64,000 bases of DNA from Chlorokybus atmophyticus (lineage: Eukaryota; Plantae; Mesostigma and Chlorokybus algae): contig RHPI01003488.1 in assembly GCA_009103225.1 (NCBI GenBank), forward strand, positions 186,001-250,000, given 5' to 3'. A program made the position numbers and the translations under genes. Positions 37,626 through 48,831 of this stretch are shown here, in pieces; the first letter of the stretch is position 1, and every line of letters starts with the position of its first letter. Below the pieces are notes generated by a model, which did no database searches, was not told the DNA's origin, and saw nothing but the letters and a program-made list of their open reading frames with translations.

Positions 37626-40600
37626 CAGGCATGCAAATACTCAAGGATTAGTAGTAAACGAGTCTGCTTGTGATCACTTCATTCAGCAGATCTGCATGAT
37701 GACCACCCACCAAAATTCTTACCACTCTAGGTAGTTGGTTGTGGTCGTGCTATGGGCGCTGATTGCATAAGGCTACCTACACAGCCGCAACCTGAATTTG
37801 TAAACCGATGTCACTGCCATTCACTATCTACATACATGTATACTCTTATGCTTGCGTGCACACCAACTACAAACCCCTACCTACAAACTCTGCCACGCCA
37901 GCAGTCGGGACATACTCCAACAGAACCAAGCCTACGGCAACATTCATGCCTTTGCTTCAACAAAGCACGGAGTGCCAGTTTCCTTGCCACATATGAGGCT
38001 TGAAATCTTTTATACATTGATACATGAATGGAAGGAAAAAAAAAAAAAAAAAATTGGATGCTGAACGGCATTCATAAGTATTTTTGTTTATTAAACGTTC
38101 ATGCGTGTTAGTGCGCGGCAGTCGTATTTTGGGGTTAAGGACTTCCTGTCGCACTTGCTGTGCGCGTTAGCCCGCGGCAGTTGTGTTCTAGGGTTTGGGT
38201 TTTGTAGGCAATGTTGTCATGTCATTGGGGTTGTGCTCTGTGTCCTGCTTGTGGGTGGCGTTGTGCAGCGGCGTCGACGGCGGCGGTGCATGGGGCGTTG
38301 GTGAAGGTGGATGTTGGATGATGTTTGTTTCAGTGTTGTGCCCTAGGTAGTTGTGCAAGAGCAGCGCAAAGAGCCGGCGGCAGTTGTCACAGCCAAGTGA
38401 GCACTTGTACATGTTGGGTATGCTCGTGGATATGTGTGTGGTGGTTGTGGCTACGCGTGCTATCTTCAAGCATGTGTTGGCAGGTGTAGCGTGGAGTGGA
38501 TGTGCTTGTGGTAGTATGTTTATTTATTTGCATTTTTGCTGTTAGGTTGATTATGTCTCAATGTATATCACATGTACATGTGTAGTGCAGTTTCGAAGCC
38601 CAATATTGGTCCATGCGGTAAACAGGTCAAATCATAGCCAGTGCATGTGAGTAATGGAAAGTTTACATAATCGTTACATTTGTTAGTCTGTGTCCGCACC
38701 TTTATTGGGCGGTACGAGGTTTAAACTTGCCCAATAATGGACAGTTGAACCATGAATGGTGGGTACGATGTCAGCATATCGGACTAACTTAGTGGGGTTT
38801 TATATCGGCTTGTCACCAACTTGTCTAGGAACAAGGACCAGTATCGCCACCAATCTCAGCTCGTCTCAAGACTAGTCCCGGACCAGTCTTGAGCGGGCCG
38901 CGGGTCCCGTAAACCTGTCAAATAACTGTGGCCCGATGCATTGGACCTTATACTGGTCCGCCGGAATTGCCCTGTGATAAATGAATCCCTTGATTCATTG
39001 ATGGATTTACTCACCCTCGAAACCTATAAACACTTAGTACTCTCTTTGTTCACCTATATTAATGCACTTGTGGTTACCACCTTTGGATAATCATTATCCA
39101 ATCCGTAAGCTAGTAGCTTACGCAAATTAGTTCACACGGTAGTTCACTATACAGTTCATTGACTATTTAATTCACTATAGTTTAACTAAGTATGTTGAGA
39201 TAACGGTGAGGCACTTGGTAGTAGAAAATGAGGGATATACCCCTTATTTGGGGTTATAACTATATAGTTGGTTCACAACAATTTGATGATTTCGTAGGTG
39301 TATTAGTAGCTCACACCTAGGTCACAAGTGAGGGGCGGAATGTACTCACTAATAGGGATCAGGGTGAATTTGACTTGATGTGATGGGTCGCGGCGTTGCA
39401 CACACTTGTGCTCGCGGCACGCGCGCCCACTGCCTTATGCGTTTTAAACAACGTACCCAACGAACTTCGCAAATGTTGCGTTGGGTCTAATTCTCCAATT
39501 AGCTCAACTTCACTGTTTCACTTATTCCCTCATAAAGTACATCCTTTCCTCACAAGTGTCTTCTTATCACTTTGATGTATTTTTGCCACCCTAGAATCCT
39601 TTTGCGAAGATGAGAAGCTGTATAGCTCACCCTTAGCGTGCATAGTAAACACCGCTACCAAATGCCTTGGCATTTGGTAGCGGTGTTCAATATGCATTTT
39701 TGCAACAACTAGTTACGATATTTGTACTTAAAACAATTTGCGACTATTTTATGAATGTCTTTAAGTACCTCAATTCACTTAAATCATATTGTCATTCAAG
39801 AAATACAATTTGCTTAGCACTTTAAACAGTTCGCGACAGTTTTGCAAATGTTGCTATGTAATTTAAGTCACTTTATCCATATATTAATTCACACTTTGCG
39901 ATTCATGAATTTCTGAATTCACGGCGGCATACTACCAATTGGGCCTAAGTAGTAATTACCCTATTGTTGCTACTTTTATTAGGTACCTAATTAGCTAAGT
40001 GTAATACTTATACTTTTTGCTAATGCACAACCTAGTATAGCGACTCATTTAAACTACCCGAAAGTCTCATACCAATGCGATAAAGTCAAGCCACTTTTTT
40101 TCAACCATCAATTTACATAAATAAACTAGGCGGTTTGAATTGCGGAGGATTGATCAAGTATATTTTACATATACACCTATACAATTACACAATGTATAGG
40201 TGTTAAATATCCAATTGATGAATGGACTATTACATGAATAAACTTGGCCGTGACAAATGGCTTGTAAAGCTTAAAACCTTGTTGCATATATGCGTTTGTT
40301 AAAGCAACGCCTGCTAGTGAAACTTTTCCGAGACATTACAGGCCGAAGTATTGGTCTTATCATTGAGGTCTCATACTAAGATGATGCTATTAGCGGCTCC
40401 AAACAAGTGTACAATATAACCAGTCGCATATATATGTGCACATGTTGGTGCAATGTGATCTTCTTGTCAAAGTGAGGAGGGACGCGTACGTTGATGTTTT
40501 GAATCAATTTGGAGCACTCATAAAGGCTTTTCTTCCAATAACACATTCAAAACAGCGCCATGCTCAAAGACTCCTTGCCAGGAGCTTATATTCATGAAGT

Positions 40601-41439
40601 CTGCGAGCTGTTTATGTTTCTACCGACCTATATCGTGAGACGGTCAGTTGAATTACATGATTGCACAGAGCTCAATATGAACCATCACATACACTTGCAA
40701 GCTGCTCTTTTGCATGGGTACTTAACTAATGCTTGTTATAAGCAATCATTCTTATCAAAAAGCGTCGGCTCGAGCGGCACATGTATTACAGCAAATCAAC
40801 TTAGACTTTATAGCTTTGCCGTTTGTCACCATTCGCACATATAGCGAGGCATAAGCAGCTATAGGTAAGTTTAACAGCTACATTATAAATGCCAATTATT
40901 CACAAGCATATGCGACTTCGCAAATACATGTGAGGTTACTCTTTAGCTCTGCAATCATCTAATTTTATTTGCAAGTTGCACCTTTAGATTAATTCTTAAC
41001 TGATGCTCATCACTAATCAGATCATACAAGTCGCTATAGCACACTGCTTAATGGCATGCTCTAGCAACTAGCCATTAACAATCTTTGCGGTATGCATGGC
41101 TTCTTGCTCTCCTCATGCCCCTTGTACATGACATCATGGCCCCGAGCGGCGTCTGCCTCAGCCTCACTAAGCTGAGCTTGACGGTTGCGCTTTCAATCTC
41201 CGTGACCGTACCGCACATCACCAGATGCACTAACACGTTTTCCATGACAGACCTGGTCAACTCTCAACAATCATACTGAGCAATGTGGGCCTCGTATTGT
41301 TATTGCAACCCTGTCACTTGCTCACACAATGTGGCAACTAAAGTGGTCAACTGCTGAGTGGTCTTCGCGGCATTATTGTTCTAAAATACCTCCTCACATG
41401 CTGTATACTGTTGCTCAATCATTGTGCAATGGGTGAACG

Positions 41440-42386
41440 AACACCACGCGGTGTGATCACCATTATAAGTGCACACACGCGGGCACGCGCACATGAGCAG
41501 TAATGTACAGATATGTGTGCGATGCTATGCACAAGCAGCGACGGCACACATTTAATGCACCATTAGCGTGCAAAACGGCCCACACATATGTGCGCAGCTG
41601 GGATGACCACCTATGTGCAAAATTAACATAAAAACACTACCAAGCAGCGTAGGTATGCAAAGATTGCAACGCAAGCACCGTCCAGCAAGTGCACAAGCTA
41701 ATGGGTAAGCATGAAAGGCTTAGAATCAAGTTCAATGTAGCGGTATCACTACTTACTTGCTGATTGGGGCTTGGCAAACTTATGCACAAGCACTAGGAAC
41801 TTATAGCGAAAGTCTTACCAGCACCATGGTGCGGAGAAGTCGCAGCAGTACAGGGAGAAGAGGATGACTAACAACCTCTCCACACAGCTCCAGCCCCAAG
41901 CACACCCACGCCTAACACACTCACACTCATATACACCACCCTACACCCCATAACGAATGAGGGGGAGAGCCCCTTCTACAGCTACTAGCTAGGCACCCCA
42001 CAAACAAGTGGCCCTCAAGTACTGAACACACTCTGATCCCTATCAAAGGTGGCTACCGAGCCTTTATACCACTTGCCGCTCTCCCGACACCTAACACAAG
42101 TTGTCCAAAGCCGAAGGCCTTATCACTATGTATGCTGATATATTAGCACAAGCTGACCTTATCCTATAAAAGACATCAACCTCGACAATATTAAGCTCTC
42201 TCGGTGTTGCGAAGGAGTAACAATCCTACCTTGGAGCTACAAACTTGGGCTCTCCTAGTACCGTAGCACTTGCGAATTGTCCGCAGGCATCACTAGCCTT
42301 ACCATTGTCATGTTAGTGGCAGATTAAACGACACCACAGTATGGACCCCGCGGTATACCAATTTGGCTCACTGTCTTGGGACCATC
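41440..42386 (-). mobile_element. Old, diverged remnant (5' leader plus LTR starting at 41736) of a gypsy family related to the adjacent young element
   Basis: 41670-41760 aligns with the young element's leader/LTR junction (gcaccgt..agcaagtg.acaagct.atggg.aagcatg.aaggctt ... aa|tgta). 41955-42010 aligns with its LTR (atgag.gggagagcccctt...ctaggcaccc). Confidence 0.6.
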
Positions 42387-43236
42387 TGTAACGTGAGACA
42401 CACACTTACCTGCTCGTGTATGTCACATACTTGTGCACACGCACAAGAACTTCTTCACAACATACCACGGTGCAGCACCTTGTTGGAGGAATGACCAGCA
42501 CCGCAACGGTATGGAGAGGATGCACAACAAACCCTCCACTCAGCTCACACACACTCAAGCACACCCCACTCACGTGCAAGGCTGCTACGGACACTACAAC
42601 CCTCTTGGGATGAGAGGGAGAGCCCCTTGAACAACTGAACTAGGCACCCCACACACAAGAGTCGAGTATGTACATGCTGAGCTGCCTCAACACTTGTTGA
42701 GGCCGTTTATATACCCCCTCTTTGCTGCTCTCCGACCTAGAACAACCATGCCCAAGGCTACTTGCCTTGTCATGGCTGCGTTGACTTGTACTCATGCCTA
42801 GGAGCTGCCACATCAGCCCTAGGACATCTTGTCAACGCCCAAGACTATCACACATCAGCCTCGGACATTGTGAACGCCCAAGGCTGGTCACATTAGTCTA
42901 GGACCTCATACATATGCATACATATGCGGACATATGCATACACATGCATACATCACTCATATCCGCACATATGAACTCATATGCGGACACATGCATGCAT
43001 ATGCAACCATATGCACATACATTCGAACATACGACAACGACCATCCCTGAGCTTGCTAGTGGACAGTGCCTATGTGTAGCTACAACGCCCTTGCACACTA
43101 TGTGCACAAGAACTGACTTCATGAGCACATATGCCAAGTACTACACAACTTGACTATACGGGATCCTCACTTAGTTCTTCTTACCACATAAGTAAGAAAC
43201 ATGAGAGTGACTTTCGCCAGCCCTTTGGGCGTGACA
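42387..43236 (-). repeat. 3' LTR of the gypsy element (850 bp)
   Basis: About 15 substitutions and one 4-bp indel versus 48832-49685 by manual comparison (~98%); TATATAAA on the minus strand at 42706-42713. Confidence 0.96.
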
Positions 43237-43249
43237 TTCCTCCCCACTT
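43237..43249 (-). promoter_or_regulatory. Polypurine tract AAGTGGGGAGGAA
   Basis: Immediately precedes the TG of the 3' LTR on the element strand. Confidence 0.85.
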
Positions 43250-43489
43250 GCATTGCAACTCCCATGTTGCAAATAATGGAGCTCATTGCCCCGCACGATG
43301 ATTGCCAGCCAGGTTGGCCAAGCCTGCTGAACCACCGCACACTACGCGTAAAACAAAATGCAAGTCGCGGGAGTGACAACCAACTCTGATACTAAGTACC
43401 AGTGCGCGCGTATTGGCATGTCACATAGAAGAGAGAGTTGCACGTGTTTGTACAATACCTATGTTGCAATCCGAGCACATGCTCTCAAG

Positions 43490-46400
43490 TGGCACCTGTC
43501 GATTTAAGTTCACTCTCAAACTCACCGAACTTGTTAGCACAGTTTGTCAAGTTGGAAATAGGCTCCTAGGTGTTATGCTCTCCGCCATAACCAAGCCACT
43601 TGACGAGATATTCAGTGCGGAAGGTCTTCTTGTACTTCCGGGAACCTCTTGCCAACAACTGCCTCAACCTCATACTCGACGTCTCCCTCTACCTCAACTG
43701 GAGGTGGAGGGAGACGAGGAGGCTGCACTGGGCCATCACTTCTATACGGCTTCAATAGTGCCTCATGGAACACACTGTGGATCCGCATGCTCTTTGGCAG
43801 TTCAAGCCTAAAGGCACGGTCACCAACAGCTACTGTAATTGTGAACGGCCCTAGCCACCTGGGTAGAAGCTTGCGCACACCACTTGTCTTGAGTCTAATG
43901 TTCTTGGGACTCAGCAAGACCTTGTCTCCTACTTTACAACCAGCACCAGGCTCGCGCTGCTGATCATCATACATCTTTTGCCGATCTTGGGCTGCTCCCA
44001 AGCAATTCTTGGCGCTTGCCAATGCAGCATGCATCTGCTGTGTAAAGTCTCTAGCCGTTGGCACTTTGCTAAATGGCTGAACTTGCAGAGACATTGGTGT
44101 CAAGGGACGACGACCATAGTTGAGAAAGAACGGAGTGCTGTGCGTTGACTCTTGCCATGCATTGTTCACAGCAAACTCAGCCAATGCAAGGTGCACATCC
44201 CAATCATCAAACCTGGGTGACATGTAGTGGCGCAGCACGTCTTTAAGCACCTGGTTTGCATGCTCCGTCTGTCCATCACTCTGTGGATGGTAAGCAGTGC
44301 TTAAGCTCTACTTAGTTCCTAAGTAGTGGCACACAGCCTGCCAGAACTGACTTAGAACCTGGGATCACGATTTGATACCAACTCTTTGGGTACACCGTGC
44401 AGTTTAAACACCGTGTTTACAAAAGCATACGCAAACTCTTGCGCGCTCACATCTATGCAACATGGCTAAAATCGGACCATCTTGGTCAACCGATCATCAA
44501 AGACAATGATGGCATCATGCCCTTTCTTTGTCCCGGGCAGATCTGTAGTCAAATTCATGCTCACACTTTCCCATTGATAGCTTGGGATAGCCAGCGGCTT
44601 GAGTAGCCCTGGCTTGCGGTGTGAGGCCTTGTCACGTTGACAAGTGTCACAACTTTGCACATACTTGGTTGCATCAGCAACCAAGCTCGACCACCAGTAC
44701 TGTCGCTGCAGTAACTTGATGGTCTTGGTCATGCCCATGTGACCGCTGTATACAGCATTGTGTGCCTCGAACAAGCATTCTTGCCTAAGTCCGAGTGCAT
44801 CTGGCACAATCAACTTGCCCTCGCAGTACCACAACCCTTTGTGACAAGTGATCTTGTAATCTCCTTGCTTAAGCAGCTCGGCAAACCAGTTGTCAAGTGC
44901 ATAAGCCCGTGGTAGACGCGCCACAATGTCTTCAACATGAACAGCCAGTGGGACCTCCCCACTTGCATTGGAAGCTACCATTGGTGCATCATCGCTGGCT
45001 GCCTCACTTGCGACTGGCAACTCACATGTTGCTAGCTGTATTGATGTACTAGCACCTGTGTCATCAGACTGTGCCCACCCTTGACTGCGTGCACGTGCAC
45101 GTGTCGTTGCTGCCAATAACAAAGGTGAGCGACTCAAGGGATCTGCCACATTCACCCTACCTGGACGATACAATCAAGTAAAGACAAAAACTCAGCCCAC
45201 CTTGTTTGTCTTCGGGATAGGGTTGGTTGGGTCTGAAAGAAAACAAGTGGGTTGTGATCAGTAATTACCGTGAACCCACCTTCCACCCCCTCCAGATAGC
45301 AGTGCCACTCCTGTAGCGCATGGACCACTCCCAACAACTCTTGTTCAGTTGTGGTATAGTTTCTCTCAGCAGGAGAGAACTTCTTGCTCAAGTACGCAAG
45401 AGGGTGTCCATTCTGAAGCAACACACCTCCCGTGCCATCTTGAGATGCATCGCTAATCACCTCAAAGGGCCTGGTGAAGTCTAGCAACTATAACACAGGT
45501 GCTGTCATTAGAGCCTCTTTAATAGAGTCAAAGGCAACCTGTTGCCCGTGTCCCCACCTCCACACAACCTTGTCACGTAGCAAGCTTGTGAGAGGAGCAA
45601 CTCGTGATGAGTATCCAAGGATGTACTTCCGGAAATAGTTGCTTAGCCCCAAGAATGCTCGCAGTTCATGCACATTCTTGGGTGCGGGCCATTCTTGAAC
45701 CTTAGCAACCTTCTTGGGGTCAGGGCGCACGCCCTCCTTGCTTACAATGTGCCCCAAGAACTCAAGTTCCGTCTTCCCAAACTCACACTTGGGCATGTAC
45801 GCAAAGAACTTGTTTGCACGCAGCGTTTCACAAACCTCACGCACATGTGCAACATGTGACTCAGGGTCTTTACTGTCGACCATGATGTCATCCGAGTACA
45901 CAAGTACTGTCTTCCCAATTAGCTTGTGAAACACACGGTTCATCATAGCTTGGAAGGTAGTTGGCGCATTTGTCAGCCCAAATGGCAGCACTTTGTATTG
46001 AAAGTGTCCCACAGGCGTTTTAAAAGCTGTCTTGGGCACATCTTTCGGTGTGATCCGGATCTGGTGGTAACCACTGATCAAGTCCAAGGAGCTGAACACT
46101 GAGGCCTCGCTCAGTTTTTCAAGCAAATCATCTATCCTTGGCAACGGATACCTATTCTTAATGGTAAGCTTGTTCAAGGCCCTATAGTCCACGCACATGC
46201 GCCGCCTGTTGTCCTTCTTAGGTACGAACAAAATGGGTGCTCCGAAGGGAGAGCTACTTGGCTCAATTTATCCCTTCGCAAGCAAGGCCTTGATTTGCCT
46301 CTCCATGTCCGCAAACTCAGCTGGACTTAGCCTATACGCAGGCATAAATGGAGGTTGTCCTCCTGATACGACAGGGATAGTGTGCCACACTTCCCACTCA

Positions 46401-47078
46401 GGAGGCAACTCAGGCAACTTAGCTTGAAACACATCAGAATACTCATGCAGCAGAGCGTCAAGTGCATTGTCCTGTGAGCTGCTAACAGTCTGACCGGGTG
46501 GAGTGGTGCCCTCATCGTTGGCAAGTGGCTTGACAAGGACCAAAAGAGGTTCAGCACCTCTCCGCAAAGCTCTTTTCACCTGCATGGCACTTAATAACAG
46601 AGGGAACACAGCACTTGATGTGTCACCGTGGGTAGAGGGCATGACATCACACCCTTCACCTCTCAAGGTCACACGCCCTCGCCTTTTGCGCACGCTGCAA
46701 AGGCCAGTGTCTGCATCGGTGCGCAGGCCGTTACCACGCTCCCAGCGAGCACCAAGAATGACATCAACACCTGGTACTTTAAATGGCATGACCAAGAACC
46801 TAAGTTGAGCGTGATAGCCTTGCACATGCAAAGATAAATGGTACTTTAAATGGCATGACCAAGAACCTAAGTTGAGCGTGATAGCCTTGCACATGCAAAG
46901 ATAAATGCACGGACCCTTTGACTGGGATCTTGTGCTTATCAAGTGAGGTCACTGCCTAACTTGCCTTCTCAACATGAATGCCCAGACGCCGCATTAGAGA
47001 CTCACTGACAAAGTTCTCCGGTGTACCAGTATCTATCATCAGAGTAGCTGGTATGCGTGCAACTGACGCCTTGAACAA
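43490..47078 (-). pseudogene. Gypsy pol (protease, RT, RNase H, integrase, chromodomain), disrupted by stops and frameshifts
   Basis: PR IDTGTPENF; RT YPLPRIDDLL, KTAFKTP.GHF, PFGLTNAP, YSDD; RH DAS..G.GGVLLQ, TDHNPL; IN HNAVYSGH..C..C, GQTE; GPY/F module; chromodomain YEVEAVV...EYLVKWLGYGGEHNT*EP. Confidence 0.93.
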
Positions 47079-47516
47079 CTATGTAAGGTCCAAGTGATTT
47101 CCCCGATGGAGAATAGGCGGGTCATACATGACACGCACAGAGCACCCTATGCCAGTTTGTGACTTGCCAATCACCTGAATGACTTGCATACCCTTTGTAA
47201 AGGACGACCATGGTCCTCTATACGCGGGCACAATGACACATGCACTTGTGTTATGCGGACTCTTGCTCTTGCACTCAACATAGTGCTTGACCACCGTTGA
47301 CAACTTGTCAAAGGGCGCATTGAGCAGCACTTGCTTGCTCAAACAGTCATGCATCAGAAATTTGGAGTCAACATGCACACCCACATCATTTTCCCACACA
47401 GCAACATCGCATGTCAATAGGGAAGCATGTGGATTGCCAATAGTCATCAAGCAACTTTTAGAGTTGGCAACTGGCTGTATTCGGCTACTAGTAGAACAGC
47501 TCTCCACCCCGAGTTC
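47079..47516 (-). CDS. Dam-like N6-adenine methyltransferase-like segment between gag and protease
   Basis: LTCDVAV..EN...SKFLMHDCLSKQVLLNAPF...VVKHYVECK...TSACVIVPAY; NAPF at 47310-47321 sits where phage/DIRS Dam-type enzymes have NPP(Y/F). Confidence 0.6.
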   Translation of the reverse strand, partial: ELGVESCSTSSRIQPVANSKSCLMTIGNPHASLLTCDVAVWENDVGVHVDSKFLMHDCLSKQVLLNAPFDKLSTVVKHYVECKSKSPHNTSACVIVPAYRGPWSSFTKGMQVIQVIGKSQTGIGCSVRVMYDPPILHRGNHLDLT

Positions 47517-48506
47517 CTATGCGACAGGCTTGTCGTTTGAGGGGTTGGGGCAGTTCGCCACGCAGTGGCCTTTCTCCCCGCACTTGAGACACAGTCCGAC
47601 TTTGAAGCGTGCATTTTTCAGCTCCACGCTGACTCCGGGGATGCCGGTAGCGCGCTTCTTGTTGACTGGCTGAAAGGGCTGCTTGCCCTTGCCGTCTGAG
47701 CGGCCGCGCTTGCGGCTGTTGTTGCCACTGCCACTTCCCACAGCTGGAGTGGTCGAGCTCGAGGGCTGGTTGGCAACAATGGCCAACTTCCGTGCCCGGT
47801 TGATCATGCGTTGGCTGTTGTCATATTGCACAGCCGTGCGCTTCATCAAGTCATAGTCAGCATGCGTGAAGGACTCCAGGCCCTCCTTGAAGGTCAATTG
47901 CTTTGCCGTGTCCTCAGGCAAAGCCGCCCAGTACTTGTCCATCTTCTCTGCTTGTGACAAGGGCATGTCCGGGCCAACTTCGGCACACACTGACTCGAAG
48001 TAGACAGTGAAGTCCTCAATGGACTGAGGGGGCTTGACTTTCAAGCGTCTCAACTTGTCACGCGCCTTCTGTGACGGGTTCACACCCCCGTAGGCCTGCA
48101 ACATAGCAGTCTCAAACACGACAAGGCTTCCGACATCCTTGCCAGCAACCTCAAGACGTGGGGAAGCCCCTTCCCACATGCGGGCAGCACTTCCCCGCAA
48201 GTAGCATGCCAAAAGCGACACCGCTTTGGCCTCAAGACCAGGCAATACCTCAACGGCATGCAACACACGCTTACAACCAGAAAGCCAGTCACGCACGGCA
48301 TCACCAAGATCCTTGCCCTTCCCAACATGGGCACCGGAGAAGAACTCCAAGCATGGCATCATCTTGTGGGTGTTTGTGGCTGCCATTTTGGCTAGCTGCT
48401 GCTCGTGTTGCTCCTTCATGGAGGCATTGGCTGTGACCATGGCTTGCACCTGGTTTTGCAGCTCCATACTTTTGCAGCTCCACTTGGGCCGCGAGTGCGT
48501 TGGCAT
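47517..48506 (-). CDS. Gypsy Gag, intact 329-aa ORF
   Basis: Capsid-like region (FSG...VRDWL...YLRGSAARMW) and zinc knuckle CLKCGEKGHCVANC. Confidence 0.9.
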   Translation of the reverse strand: MPTHSRPKWSCKSMELQNQVQAMVTANASMKEQHEQQLAKMAATNTHKMMPCLEFFSGAHVGKGKDLGDAVRDWLSGCKRVLHAVEVLPGLEAKAVSLLACYLRGSAARMWEGASPRLEVAGKDVGSLVVFETAMLQAYGGVNPSQKARDKLRRLKVKPPQSIEDFTVYFESVCAEVGPDMPLSQAEKMDKYWAALPEDTAKQLTFKEGLESFTHADYDLMKRTAVQYDNSQRMINRARKLAIVANQPSSSTTPAVGSGSGNNSRKRGRSDGKGKQPFQPVNKKRATGIPGVSVELKNARFKVGLCLKCGEKGHCVANCPNPSNDKPVA

Positions 48507-48831
48507 TCGGATCAGTCATTGTCGAAGGAAAATCTGCTCGTGCATAAGCACGTAATGAGTATAGTGTTCAACACACACACGCGCGCACAAGTCCAGCTGT
48601 GCACGCAGCAATACGCAGCAAAAATGCACACAACTAGTGCGCAAATCAGCGTGAATACAACCCACATCGTGCATGCAAGTGTGCGTGCAGCTGGTGCAAC
48701 CAACTACATGCACAATCAGCGTGCAAACACTGCCATGTAGCGCGTGCAAGCAATGCAACACACGCACCGTGTAGCAAGTGTACAAGCTGATGGGCAAGCA
48801 TGCAAGGCTTGAAAACAAACTCCGAGTCCAA

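Noticed and set aside
43490-47520. Non-standard genetic code (TAA/TAG = Gln, as in some ulvophytes), suggested by TAG at Gln-like positions in pol
   Set aside because: Host genes end at TAG/TAA at the expected homologous positions (PXN, bZIP, RPI, TVP38), and long Gln-rich exons contain no in-frame TAR.
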